A stretch of DNA of 36,807 nucleotides from Piedraia hortae CBS 480.64 (taxonomy: Eukaryota). Each line of letters begins with the position of its first letter. Within the stretch, counting starts at the first letter, position 1. This document shows, in pieces, positions 10,381 through 21,003 of this stretch. The stretch is from the NCBI GenBank assembly GCA_010093745.1, contig MU005972.1, positions 259,170 to 295,976 on the forward strand, written 5' to 3'. Position numbers and translations under genes: made by a program. The notes under the pieces are model-generated. The model saw nothing but the letters and a program-made list of their open reading frames with translations. It had not been told where the DNA came from and ran no database searches.

Positions 10381-13279
10381 TTAATTCGGCGTATTGCCTT
10401 TCCGGCTACTATCCCTAGCTGCAAACCTCACGCTTTTGGCGGAGCGTCCAAGAATTGAAACTCGAAAAGCCGATGGGCCAGGAGTGGTGAACCCTCCCCG
10501 CTGGACTGACGGATTGATACCACCAGCACGGAGCTTGCGTGCAAACGGTGTGACTTGCGGAGTGAGAGTGCTTTCTGCTTCTGTCTGCAGAGGTAAGGGG
10601 GCGGGGGTCGTGGTCAAGTATCCAAAGTTAAAAGGCGTCATGGCAGCTGGGGTGGGGATTGGCTTAAACCTTCCAGTTCGTCGACTGCGGGACGGCGTAC
10701 GCATATACGCTGGCGTTCCTTGGGGCGATGAAGGACGACTTGGTCGACGCCGAGCAGCAGAACGTACGCTTGGGCTGTCAGGATCTCCTTCCTGGGTCTC
10801 CTGCCGTCGAGACATGGCCTGTGTTGCCCAATTTCGAAGCATCAGTCGGACGTGCGCATCACGATTTCGAATCCGAAGCGCGTCGGCGCTATCGGCTAGT
10901 CGCGTTGCTGTGAAGTGTGCCCATTGGAGTTTCTTCAGCATCGTGCTTAAGAGAGCTAGGTCAATCTCGTGATGGAATGCTGCAGCCTGCTCCTCCATGA
11001 CTCTCAAATGACTGGCTTGCTGGGATAGAGCCTGAAACGCGGCAATCACCAAGCGCTCATGGTCAATGGCTGCAGCTTGCTGCTCATGCTCCAATCGACG
11101 GTCAGCCGCATTACGCCATGCTAAAAAGGCATTTGCACAGCTACCACGGTGCCTCTGCTGAGCGATTTCATCAGCTGCATCATACATTTCATGCACTCCG
11201 GCCGTCTTGTCTCGCCAATGTAGCAAACACTCACGGACAAGACGCGTCTTTATACGCGTCCTTATTATCCGATACGACTCACGACGTCGATTGTACTGGT
11301 GAGCAGTTGTCCGCGCTCGCCAAGTGATCAGGGAGCGCGTGGTAAGTGTAAAAAATCTCGCGTCCTTGGCCATATTATTGAGCAGCTCGACATGTAGCAA
11401 CTGTGCAGACAAAGCATGAAAACAAAAAGGAACGAGACTGTGCGAGTTTGCAAATTCGACAGCTAACCGCTCGGCATCTTCTCGCTCACGCAACGCACAA
11501 TGCATCTTGCGCATTGTCAAAGAAAGCAATCGCCGTCGTTGTCGCTCAGCAAAGCGAGCCTCTGCCGCCATGGTCCCGTTTCTCACCTCCTTAGTTCGAT
11601 GCCGCCATGCAGTCATAATATTGCTCATCAACTTGACGTTGAGCTTGCGACAAAAGGCCTGCTGGTGCGTTCGAAGCCACCACCAATAGAGGTGTCTCAT
11701 CAATGCCTGGTCATCAGTCCTTCGAGCAAGCGTCTTTATCCGGTAATTGTCATACAAGGCAGTCCAAGCGGTGGAAAGGAGACGGTGGTTGTTCATTGCA
11801 GCCGCTTGTCGACTTGTACTGACCTGTATCCACCAGATCTGGAAAGCTTTGCGCTGAAGGTTGAGCCGGACCTGCAGTGTCATGGTGTGCAAGAGGGGTG
11901 CTAACCTGGCCTGTGTCTGGAGACTGAACAAACACCGGCCAAGGAGGCGATGACGATGGTAGGCAAGCGCTGTCTGCACGTCTTGTCGATGGGCCTCAAG
12001 CTGCGACCTAGCCTTATGCAGAACTACCTGCCCAACATGCTTCAGATAAACGTTCTCGGCCAGTCTTTCCCCGGCACGCCTGTCTCTCCATCTTTGGAGC
12101 CAGGTATTGAACGCCCATCGTTTCAAGTTGTCATCTGGTCGGGCTTCAATCGATTTGGAGCGCGTAGCCCAGTACCAGTTCCACAAGCAACGACGCGAGA
12201 GGTCATCCTCATACTTGGCCTCGCCCTGCTCTTCACGCAATTCTGATTTAGCCAGACGCACTCGCCATGTGGCCAGATATTTCCGACACAAGATCCGCCG
12301 TGCTTTTACCGCATTCTCAGCAGCAATCGCTCGCCACCGGTTGAAATATCTTATCCGCAGCACTCGTTCTTTTGCATATCTCACCGCATTTTGCTGACTG
12401 ATGGTAGATTCCACCCAGCTCGAAATCGCCCGGCGCGCAATCTTGTGAAGGTACAACTGCTCCGCACGCTGTTCCTCTTTCTGCCAATACAGCGATTCCC
12501 GCTCAGCATCCTTTCTCGCCTGGAAATTAACCCGCCACTGATCCAACGATTGTCTCAGCAACGTCTTCCGATCGCGCGCCTCAGCAATAAGCCATAGTTC
12601 CCGACGATGTCTTCGTAACTGCGAGACCTCCTCCCACCAGATCAAAAAACACCTTCTCATAGCTCTGACATTGCAAATCGTTCTGAACGCGGCCACCTTC
12701 CTCTCAATCTCAGCCGACGTTAGCCGCAAAGGCACCTCCGTCACCCTCCCAATCCCCCCCCGTCCCATGTCCGACAGCCTTCTCCTCCTTGGTCCATCCC
12801 TCCCCTGCGTCCACTCCCCCGACTGCTGACTCAACCAAGTCTCTTCCAAACGCGCATCATCAAAACTAACCCTCCTCTCCCTCGCGGCGCCAGTCGCCAG
12901 TCTGGCCGGAAAATTCTCCACAACCTCCCCCTCAATCGTAGATTCCTCCTCCTCAACAAGCGTAATCCCCTGCGCAGCAAGAATACTCTTCAAGCACTCC
13001 ACCAGCCCGGCTCTAGGATTCCTTCTCGCAACCTCACCCACATGCAGTAGCGTTCTGAAAACCACATCCCCGTGTCCCGTAATCCCCTCTTCAGAGATGT
13101 AAGAATCGTAGACGGAAAAAAGGGCCTTAAAAGGCGGCTTGCCGGATCGGTCGGCGCGGAAGGCTATAGCGTGTAGGACTTCGATTTCTAAAATACATAC
13201 TCATCAGTCTTTCGCATTTCGAATGGAGAGGATGGGAAATACCTTGGTCAGTTAGACTGAACTCCGCAGAAGCCGACAT
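10381..13279 (-). CDS. SFI1: Spindle pole body centrin-binding protein Sfi1, ~947 aa; exons 13279-13243 and 13187-10381
   Basis: Many regularly spaced Trp-containing helical repeats (F..W, L..W), N-terminus LTDQEIEVLHAIA...PFKALFSVYD, and TP/SP-rich C-terminus (TPAYMRTPSRSRR, TPQVTPFARKLR). 55-nt intron GTATTT...CTGAT...TAG at 13242-13188. Confidence 0.88.
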
Positions 13280-13467
13280 TCGTGGTGTATTATGCAGTGG
13301 TGGGTTTGGGAAATAGTATGGGTATGTTTCCGCCGCACGCGCTTGGAGTATGGTCTGGTCATCTGGAGGGTAGAATTTGTATCATGAAGGGATGCTATCG
13401 CATATTCCTTTTTATTTGTAATTTAAGCTTGTGTAGGTTTCTTTGTTGGGATTTGTAGGTTTCGAGT

Positions 13468-13567
13468 ACGCGTGCTGATGGGTTGTTGTTGTTGTTGTTG
13501 TTGTTGGGCGCGTCGCCGCGTTGGCTGGGTCGCGGGATTAGTAAGCGCGGATATAAAGTGTAACGCG
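13468..13567. promoter_or_regulatory. Cluster of MCB-like (ACGCGT/CGCG) sites upstream of SFI1
   Basis: ACGCGT at 13468-13473, then GCGCGT, CCGCGT, TCGCGG and ACGCGG within 100 bp, about 190-290 bp upstream of the SFI1 ATG. Function inferred only. Confidence 0.4.
13482..13506. repeat. (GTT)8 microsatellite
   Basis: Directly visible. Confidence 0.95.
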
Positions 13568-13759
13568 GGGGTGAGTTGTGTAACGATTTCACTTAGTTGT
13601 ATTGAAACTCAATATATACTCAGGGGTTGCTTAGTATACTTTTGTGGATTTAAATGGATTTCAGTCCATGGAAGTCGAAAAGTTGTCTTTTAGGAAGGCG
13701 CAGGAAGTCTATTTCGCGAAACAGACCAAGGGATAGACTTTTCTAGCATCTTCCCAAAC

Positions 13760-13985
13760 GGCAATTTTTCACCTTTCCCGCACTCAATTTCATTCAAATT
13801 TAAAAAAAAAAGTACATCTTTTTGCAGTCTCGAAGTATATCAAATACCAAGTAGTTCCACCTTCTTCTTGAGAAGTACACATTGACAACAGGCCGCAAAG
13901 GCAACCAACCAGGCGTCCAGGCGCCTTGCCCTCGAGACTGATTGAGTTTCTTGGCAATTTTTCACCTTTTTAGCACTCATTTTCA
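13760..13985 (+). repeat. Imperfect ~33-bp direct repeat pair, copies at 13760-13792 and 13953-13985
   Basis: GGCAATTTTTCACCTTT is identical in both copies, followed by CCCGCACTCAATTTCA versus TTAGCACTCATTTTCA. Lies in AT-rich DNA next to the 3' end of the MULE remnant. Confidence 0.85.
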
Positions 13986-14114
13986 CTTTAGTTTTGACCA
14001 GGTCTGTTTTTTTGAGTAGAAAGTATGACAAAGTCAACTAAAAGGACTTGTTTTTCTGATAGTTTCGTCTTTTTGCGTCAAGTTACACTTCTTGTGGGAC
14101 ATCCACCTGCAAAT

Positions 14115-16467
14115 TTATTTGCGATTGGATAACTCCACGACCCGTTGTCCTGGATGGTTTTGGATTGGTTTAGTGATTATTCTATGTTCTGGGCGAATTT
14201 GGGGTTGGTCGAAGTGGTTGTTGTGCTGATATGGGGATTTCTCGATGCGTAGGAAAGTGTACCGTTCTGCGATTTGGTGGAATGGAGGGCCGAAATGTAG
14301 GAATATTGCCTCTGCGGAAGGTGTACTGGAGGCATTTCTCTTTGGAATTCGGTTGTCAGGGTGGGATGGGGTCTGGATAGAGACGGGATGCTGCGGAAAT
14401 GGGAGATTTGATTGCCTCGCGAGTTTGGTCCATCTCCTCTTAATTCTCATGCAGTTCATCCTTTCATAGAGGTTGCTATAACGACAATATAGCACAAAAC
14501 TGGCGTGGTTGTGGTTATCGATACGACTAGCGATCGGATTTGAACCTCTACTTCAAAGCGGCATGGGTGCCTTCAAGGCGGCTGGTTGAATACATGCCAC
14601 AGTTGGGGTATTTCATGGTGGCGAAACGTGCCCATTCGTACCTCCAGGGCATGTAGTGCCTTTCGATGTACTCAAGAAAGCCTAAAGTGTTTACCGTTAA
14701 CGGTGTTTGCTTTATGAGATGTGGCGGCTAACCTCTCTGACGAGCAAATAGACGGCAAATGGATTGCCCAGCACTTCTGGAATGCGTTTTCGTCCTCAAA
14801 TCCACCCATGCTTGCACGAAACCATCTTGGGTGTCGCTGTGCTTTGGGCAACGACGGAAGTTCGGCGGCAGCGAGTGCTGCAGCCGCCAAGGATCGTGCT
14901 TCTTGGGCAACGTTCTCTGGCAAATCGTCAGCCGGGTCGTGGTGTTGACTGCTGAATTGTGTGGCAATCAGTTCCACCGCGTCGACGTCCTGCTCGAAAG
15001 CCGCAAGTCCTGGGAACTCTTCGGCATCACCCTCCACTTCGTCTCCATCCAGCATGCTATCAACGCCTTCTCCAACTGGGTCGCCCGTTCTCAACAGTCC
15101 GCCTGGACCAGCAGGTATGTCTGGCCTGCATTCGCCCGGATAATCTTCACCGTCCATGTTATGTCCATTGTCAACCCACTTCTTGGCGTGAAAGTCAATA
15201 TTTTTATTAACATGCCAGATGCATAGCTGCTGCTGCGTTTCCTGCAGGATTGCTGTGGCTACGAGCTTGAACGCGGTGCAGAGGTCGCTTAGGACCACCC
15301 TTGGCGGACGTATCCCGGTGTCCTGCCTGATGATCTGAAATTGTAGAAGAATCCAGCGGAAGTCTGGCTCCGCCTCTCCAGATACCAGGGCGAATCCCAG
15401 GAGGAGAATGGTGTTCACTGCCGTGGTGCCCACAGTCTGGCAAAACGGCATATTAAACCTATTGGTCTGGTTCGCCGTTAGAAGAGCCCGGTAAATCAGT
15501 CACACTTTATACGTGTTGTCGACTAAGATCACATCTAGGTATTTCATCCACATGTTCAGGCACCACTGGAACGTCCAATGAACTTAGCTTATGCGGCCAT
15601 CGGTGCCGCGGTCGATTCGGTAATGAATCCCATGGTGTTGCTTGCTCTTTTCAAGCTGATCTAAGAACCGCTGTGTCGCCGTAAAGGGACCGTACTTGGT
15701 CTGCTTGAGTCTTTGTTGAATGTACTGGACATCTGTATCCGTCATTGGGATATTCAGCCCAGTTTGTGCAGCAGGTGGCGCTTGTACAGAGGACAAGATC
15801 TCCGCCACTGGTCCGGTCACCCCAACTGAGATTCAATCGACTACCAGTGCTTAATTCTCCGACATTTTTGGTCATAGGCCCATCCTCCTCGATGGCCACA
15901 TCAAGATTTCCCTGCAGAAAAGCGGCAATCTACCCAGACGACGGAAGACCTGACATAGACAACCGTTCAACCAGGCCTTCCACCACACCGGGGTGGCATC
16001 TCCTCCACCATCGCCTATTCGCCGGGATATCTTGCAAATCGGTGGAGCGTGGATGGTTACGCAAGTTACATACATGATAGCAGCCATCTCCCCACTCGCT
16101 TGCTGTTCACAATCTTCGCATGGTGCTTGCTACGATGTCTCCATATAGTTGTCCAGGATCCAGTGCCAGAAGGGTTGCCTTGACATGTGCATTTACAATC
16201 ATGGCGAATAATTGCGCCCTCGGGATTGCAAGTCCTGTTGAGGCCTTTTTCTCGGCTATACGCAGCCTTTGACATAGCATAATGTCCCGAAAATTCCGAG
16301 TGCTCGAGGACAATCAATGCTTCCTCTGGTGGAGCATACACCCCTTCAACCGACAGGTCGCCGGCACGATACAACTCGTACCCTTGCGAGAGCGTCTTTG
16401 GGTCAAAGCGGTGAGCAGCATTCGCAACCTCAGCTATGGTGTAGCAAGGGTTAGAGACTTGGGACAT
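14115..16467 (-). mobile_element. Degenerate Mutator-like (MULE) DDE transposase pseudogene
   Basis: Reconstructed motifs VILVDNTYK/TNRFNMPF, LLGFALVSGE....F.W, VVLSD, LCIWHVNKNI, YIERHYMPWRYEWA, STSRLEGTHAALK; Cys/His-containing N-terminal region. In-frame stops at 15584-15586 and 14548-14550 plus frameshifts. Boundaries approximate; no TIRs identified. Confidence 0.88.
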
Positions 16468-16594
16468 GGTTCTTCGTTATGCTTGGTGAAAACCGAGCAA
16501 AGTTGAGCACGGGGAATTGGATGTCAATAGCAAGGTGATCGAAACAGTGATTACTATGTACACTATTGACCTCAGATCATAGTCACGGAAAGTA

Positions 16595-16612
16595 CGACGC
16601 GTCGACGCGTCG
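16595..16612. promoter_or_regulatory. Perfect 18-bp palindrome CGACGCGTCGACGCGTCG containing two ACGCGT boxes
   Basis: Directly visible, ~130 bp upstream of the putative MULE start codon at 16467. Regulatory role is inference. Confidence 0.5.
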
Positions 16613-18107
16613 ATTAAAACGTGCCTTACTTGAACACGGGAAGTATTTGGAGCAGACGAGGGGACGAAAGCGCGCCAACCTCAAGAGAGGTTAGGGACTG
16701 ACCCTATGGAATTCTGAGAGGGGACCCTATGGATTTTTGTGGGGCGCATGGCGAATGCGGGGCAGTCTTGGCACACAAGTCTCACCTAGCTTTTACCGTT
16801 TCATGGTCGCAATCATCCTGTTGTCCTTTCCGTCCTTCACCATATCGGAGTGACGTGAGCAGCTTCCTCTTCCCTTCCGACAGAGGATCATGTCCGAGTC
16901 TGAGATTCATGTGACAATGGACGATAACGGAATCTCGTATCGTCACAGGTGGCCCCGTCTATCCACACTCTCGATCACACTTCAATGAGAGATGGTGTTT
17001 CCTGCTTTTTTAAGGACGTTTAACCTTTGGAAGATGGTTCGCTCGATTTTGAGGTCGATTTTACAGTGGCCTTTTTCCGCCTTCCATAGGTCACATGTCA
17101 ACAATACGGCATTGTTTTTGGCATAAGAGTGACAAGAGTGCACAAAATGGAGAAGCTATGGTGAAAACAGCTGCGCTGCATCTGGGCCACGCACAGGAAC
17201 ACCAACGCGTGAAACGACAACAAGAATTCTGACTCGATGCACTCCCTAGGCCCTCACCCATCGTATGCATGACTTGAAACCTGAGACATGCCACAAGGTC
17301 GGCTCGCTTCTCCAACAATCTTACGCTACTCTTGCGGTGGGTACTTCCTGTTAGTTATGCCCGCCATTGTGTCGCTACGAAGGCTCCTCACGGCAAGCCA
17401 GACACTGAGAGGCTGCAAATCGAACTGATCGACCAGCGGTCATTGAAAGGTCCGGCGCACTTTACACCCGTCAGCAACCATGGGGCCATACGACGACATG
17501 AATATAAAAACGGTTTCAATTGACATCATTGATGAGAGCCACAAGCAAGGCCACGGACTAGAAATGTTTCGATACCGTATGGAGCCCAGACTCAGCCGTT
17601 CACTCGGTGACTCTTACAACAGACTAAGCTCAGCAGCCGCCTTAGGATCTAATGACAGCTCGCTTGCTCAGTTCGCCTAATCTACACCATCTTGTTCCAT
17701 TAGGCAATATCTCACCTGGCGAGAAACACGGTCAAGAATGTTCCCCTCAGCTAATCACAGTGACTTCCGCAAATTCTCTTTCGTTTAGGTTGAGTTGTAG
17801 TACACGCTTGGCAGTCTTGTCATCCACCTAACAGCTCGACGCCACCAATCACTTCTTTAAACTTGAGCCGAGATATGCAATCTCCGGGACATCCGGGAGA
17901 AGTCCTCGAACAAGCCATTGCATGTCCAAACGCAAATAAGTTGACACGAGTCATCCGACAGCTGATGTGTTGACCCAGTCGACTAAACGAATGACTCACC
18001 CAAACATTCAGTAGACTTCCCGTGCAACATTCAACAAGTCTTGTCAGTGCATCTCCAAAACCTTTGCCACATCGTCCGATGTTACCCCACCTCCCAACAA
18101 AACCACA

Positions 18108-18369
18108 ATGCCAACGCGACCCATCGAAAAGTTCGCCTCCGCGACAGCGAAATGCAGTCCTGAAGTCACCCATCCCTCTTCGCCAACCCTTCCCAATCCT
18201 AACCCCTGCAGGGCGCCGTATACGGAAAATGCATCCTAACCAACTACCAAAACGTCCACAAAAACATGTGCGCCAAAGAATTCGCCGCATTGAAAGAATG
18301 CTACCTCGTAAGACCTACTCACCCTCCCCCTCCCTCAACTAACCTCGTCAGCGCGCAGCAAAGAAGTAG
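18108..18369 (+). CDS. NDUFAF8: Small twin-CX9C-type mitochondrial protein, complex I assembly factor NDUFAF8-like, 56 aa; exons 18108-18164, 18212-18307, 18352-18369
   Basis: Spliced: MPTRPIEKFASATAKCSPEGAVYGKCILTNYQNVHKNMCAKEFAALKECYLRAAKK*, two CX9C pairs. Introns of 47 and 44 nt, both with CTAAC branch site and CAG acceptor. Confidence 0.88.
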
Positions 18370-18485
18370 CATAGCATTAGCGTATCCCACCCCAATTAGA
18401 ATCATCAACCCGCTAGCTTCGCGCAAGTGGCGCCCGCTCAACCCCTAAAAACTTCTCCCCCACCCCCACCTATCGACAAGAGGAA

Positions 18486-20206
18486 ATGTCAGCCGTAGGC
18501 CGTCTCGCAGCGCGAACACGTAAACCTGGCCGCGTCTCACGAATTTCCATCTCGCGAAGCTTTGCAGGCACCTTCGCGGTAAACAACAGCTTCACAGTAA
18601 CCAGCCCTCGCACCGCCGCAGCGCCAAGCATCCTTACCAGGTCCTACAGCGCAATGGCACCCCCTGCGACGCCGCAAGCCTACGACAAAGAGATTGTCAA
18701 CATGGCTGCGTACGCATCGAAATACAAAGTCGATTCCGAGCTTGCTGTAGGTTGCCACCCCTCTGGGAAGAGATCCTTTGGGTTTCCTCTGACCCCTCCC
18801 CTTTTCCCAGTGCTAATGCCATCTAGATCGATACCGCGCGCCTCGTCCTCCTCGACACTTTGGGATGCGGCCTAAAGGCTCTCGAATTCCCCGAATGCAC
18901 CAAACTCCTCGGCCCCATTGTGCCAGGGACGGTCGTCCCCAACGGGACCCGCGTCCCGGGGACAGATTACGTGTTGGATCCTGTATTGGGGGCGTTCAAC
19001 ATCGGCGCCATGATCCGCTGGCTGGATTTCAACGACTGCTGGCTGGCTGCGGAATGGGGCCATCCGTCGGATAACCTCGGCGCGATACTCGCCGTCGCGG
19101 ATTGGGTTAATCGGACGAACAAAGCTGGAAAAGGGAAGAAGTTGGCGAACGGGAGGGTTTTCACGGTAAGGGATGTTCTTGAGGCGATGGTCAAAGCGCA
19201 TGAGATTCAGGGATGCATGGCTCTGGAGAACAGTTTCAATAAAGTCGGCTTGGACCATGTTGTTTTGGTAAAAGTTGCATCTACGGCTGTTGTGGCTGAG
19301 ATGTTGGGGTTGAGTGAGCAGCAGACGAGAGATGCGATTTCGCAGGCTTGGGCTGATGGTCAGAGCATGCGGACGTATCGGCATTCGCCGAATACGATGT
19401 CGAGAAAGTCGTGGGCGGCGGGGGATGCGTGCGAGAAGGCAGTGAATCTTTGTTTGAAGGTCATGAAGGGCGAGGGTGGGATGGCTACGGTTCTGTCGGC
19501 GCCGACTTGGGGGTTCTATGACGTGAACTTCCATGGGAAGCCTTTCGCCTTCCAGAGACCGTATGGGAGTTATGTCATGGAGAATGTCCTCTTCAAAGTT
19601 TCGTATCCGGCGGAGTTTCACTCGCAGACGGCGATTGAGGCTGCGCAGAGGATTAACAAGAAGTTAAAGGCGATGGGAAAGACGGCGGAGGATATCGAGG
19701 AGGTTACGAACCGAACGCATGAGGCTTGCATTCGGATCATCGATAAGCAGTTCAAGGCCATGGACAATTACGCGGACCGCGATCACTGCGTGCAGTACAT
19801 GGTTGCGGTCATGTTTGTGTTCAACCGACTCGAGGCGGCGGATTATACGGATTCGTCGGAAGCGGCGCGGTCGCCGCTCGTCGACAGCCTTCGCAAACGC
19901 ATCAAGTGCGTTGAGGACCCGCAGTTTACAAAGGACTACCATGACCCTGCTAAGCGGACGATTTCTAATGCGCTTACTGTGAAGCTGAAGGATGGGACGG
20001 TGCTGGAAGAGGAGGTCGTCGAGGCCCCGCTCGGTCATAGACTGCGACGTGAAGAGGCAAAGCCTGAGATTCTGAAGAAATATGTCGGCCATATTGAGCC
20101 GCATTTTACAAAGGAAAGGGTGCAGAAGCTGGTCGGGCTGGGTAATGACTCAAAGACGCTGTACCAGACGCCAGTGGATGAGTACATGGATTTATATGTG
20201 AAGTAG
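18486..20206 (+). CDS. PDH1: Mitochondrial 2-methylcitrate dehydratase (MmgE/PrpD family), ~546 aa; exons 18486-18746 and 18827-20206
   Basis: Arg/Ser-rich presequence, IDTARLVLLDTLGCGL, IRWLDFNDCWLAAEWGHPSDN, YRHSPNTMSRKSWAAGDA, FKVSYPAEFHSQTA. 80-nt GTAGGT...GCTAAT...TAG intron. Confidence 0.96.
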
Positions 20207-20407
20207 ATAAAAACATGGATAGAAGTGTCATCAGAACAAGCCGTCAGTAGACACTTCATCCAAACATCAGAACGTCCTCAGTGTGGTCCACCATCATCCC
20301 AACGACGTTAAACATGTGGGTACACTAGGCCCGCCCCGTTCCGCTCTGCATGACGTAATGCCCATCAACTACCAAATTGTTCGACCACCACAAACACCTC
20401 CTTTTCC

Positions 20408-20408
<1 letters not shown>

Positions 20409-20463
<55 letters not shown>
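20409..20463 (+). repeat. Poly(C) homopolymer of about 55 nt
   Basis: Directly visible; length may be uncertain in the assembly. Confidence 0.9.
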
Positions 20464-20466
<3 letters not shown>

Positions 20467-20486
20467 CAAAGACCCCCTTCCCGGAG

Positions 20487-21002
20487 ATGTCAGCACGCCC
20501 CAAGAAAAAACCCCGAACGCACCTCTCCGACCAAGCAACCCAGCTCGAAGCTCTTTTCGCGAATCCTGACCAAGACCTCTCCTTACCGGACAAATCCCAA
20601 CCACAAGTTCGTCCACCCCCAGAAATCGTAACAAATGCGCGGGGCTCCTCTGCAGGAGCGGGCTCAGGCGAGTTTCATGTCTACAAAGCTTCGCGACGGA
20701 GGGAGTTTGAGAGGTTAAAGGTTATGGAGGAGGAGATGGAGAACGAGGAGAAGGACAAGGAGTTTGAGATGAAGAGGGAGATGAGAAGAAAGGAGGAGGA
20801 GGAGAGGGCGAGTAAGAGGAGGGAGAAGAGGAGGAGGCGGAGGGGAAAGGAGAAGGGGGGGGAGAGGAAGGATGGGAATCGAGAGGATGAGGGGGGGAAG
20901 AATGGAGAGGAAAAGGGAGAGCAAGACGAGGTTATGCATAACGGCGAAGATACCATGGACGAAGTAGAAGAAGGGGTATTGATCCACGACGAGGACGTAT
21001 AA
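20487..21002 (+). CDS. PRKRIP1: PRKRIP1/DUF1168 spliceosome-associated protein, ~171 aa (start uncertain)
   Basis: PPEIVTNARGSSAGAGSGEFHVYKASRRREFERL signature, followed by a charged coiled coil. Confidence 0.9.
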   Translation: MSARPKKKPRTHLSDQATQLEALFANPDQDLSLPDKSQPQVRPPPEIVTNARGSSAGAGSGEFHVYKASRRREFERLKVMEEEMENEEKDKEFEMKREMRRKEEEERASKRREKRRRRRGKEKGGERKDGNREDEGGKNGEEKGEQDEVMHNGEDTMDEVEEGVLIHDEDV

Positions 21003-21003
21003 T

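Noticed and set aside
13660..17095. Possible MULE terminal inverted repeats (GGAAGGCG...CATCTTCC words on both flanks)
   Set aside because: Only short words match, spacing differs, and no target-site duplication was found by eye.
17480..17680. IIDESH peptide resembling a helicase motif II
   Set aside because: Isolated 6-mer in a 66-aa ORF, with no Walker A or other helicase motifs nearby.
20283..20486. Poly-proline and poly-glycine ORFs across the poly(C) tract
   Set aside because: A homopolymer has no stops in any frame; no independent coding evidence.
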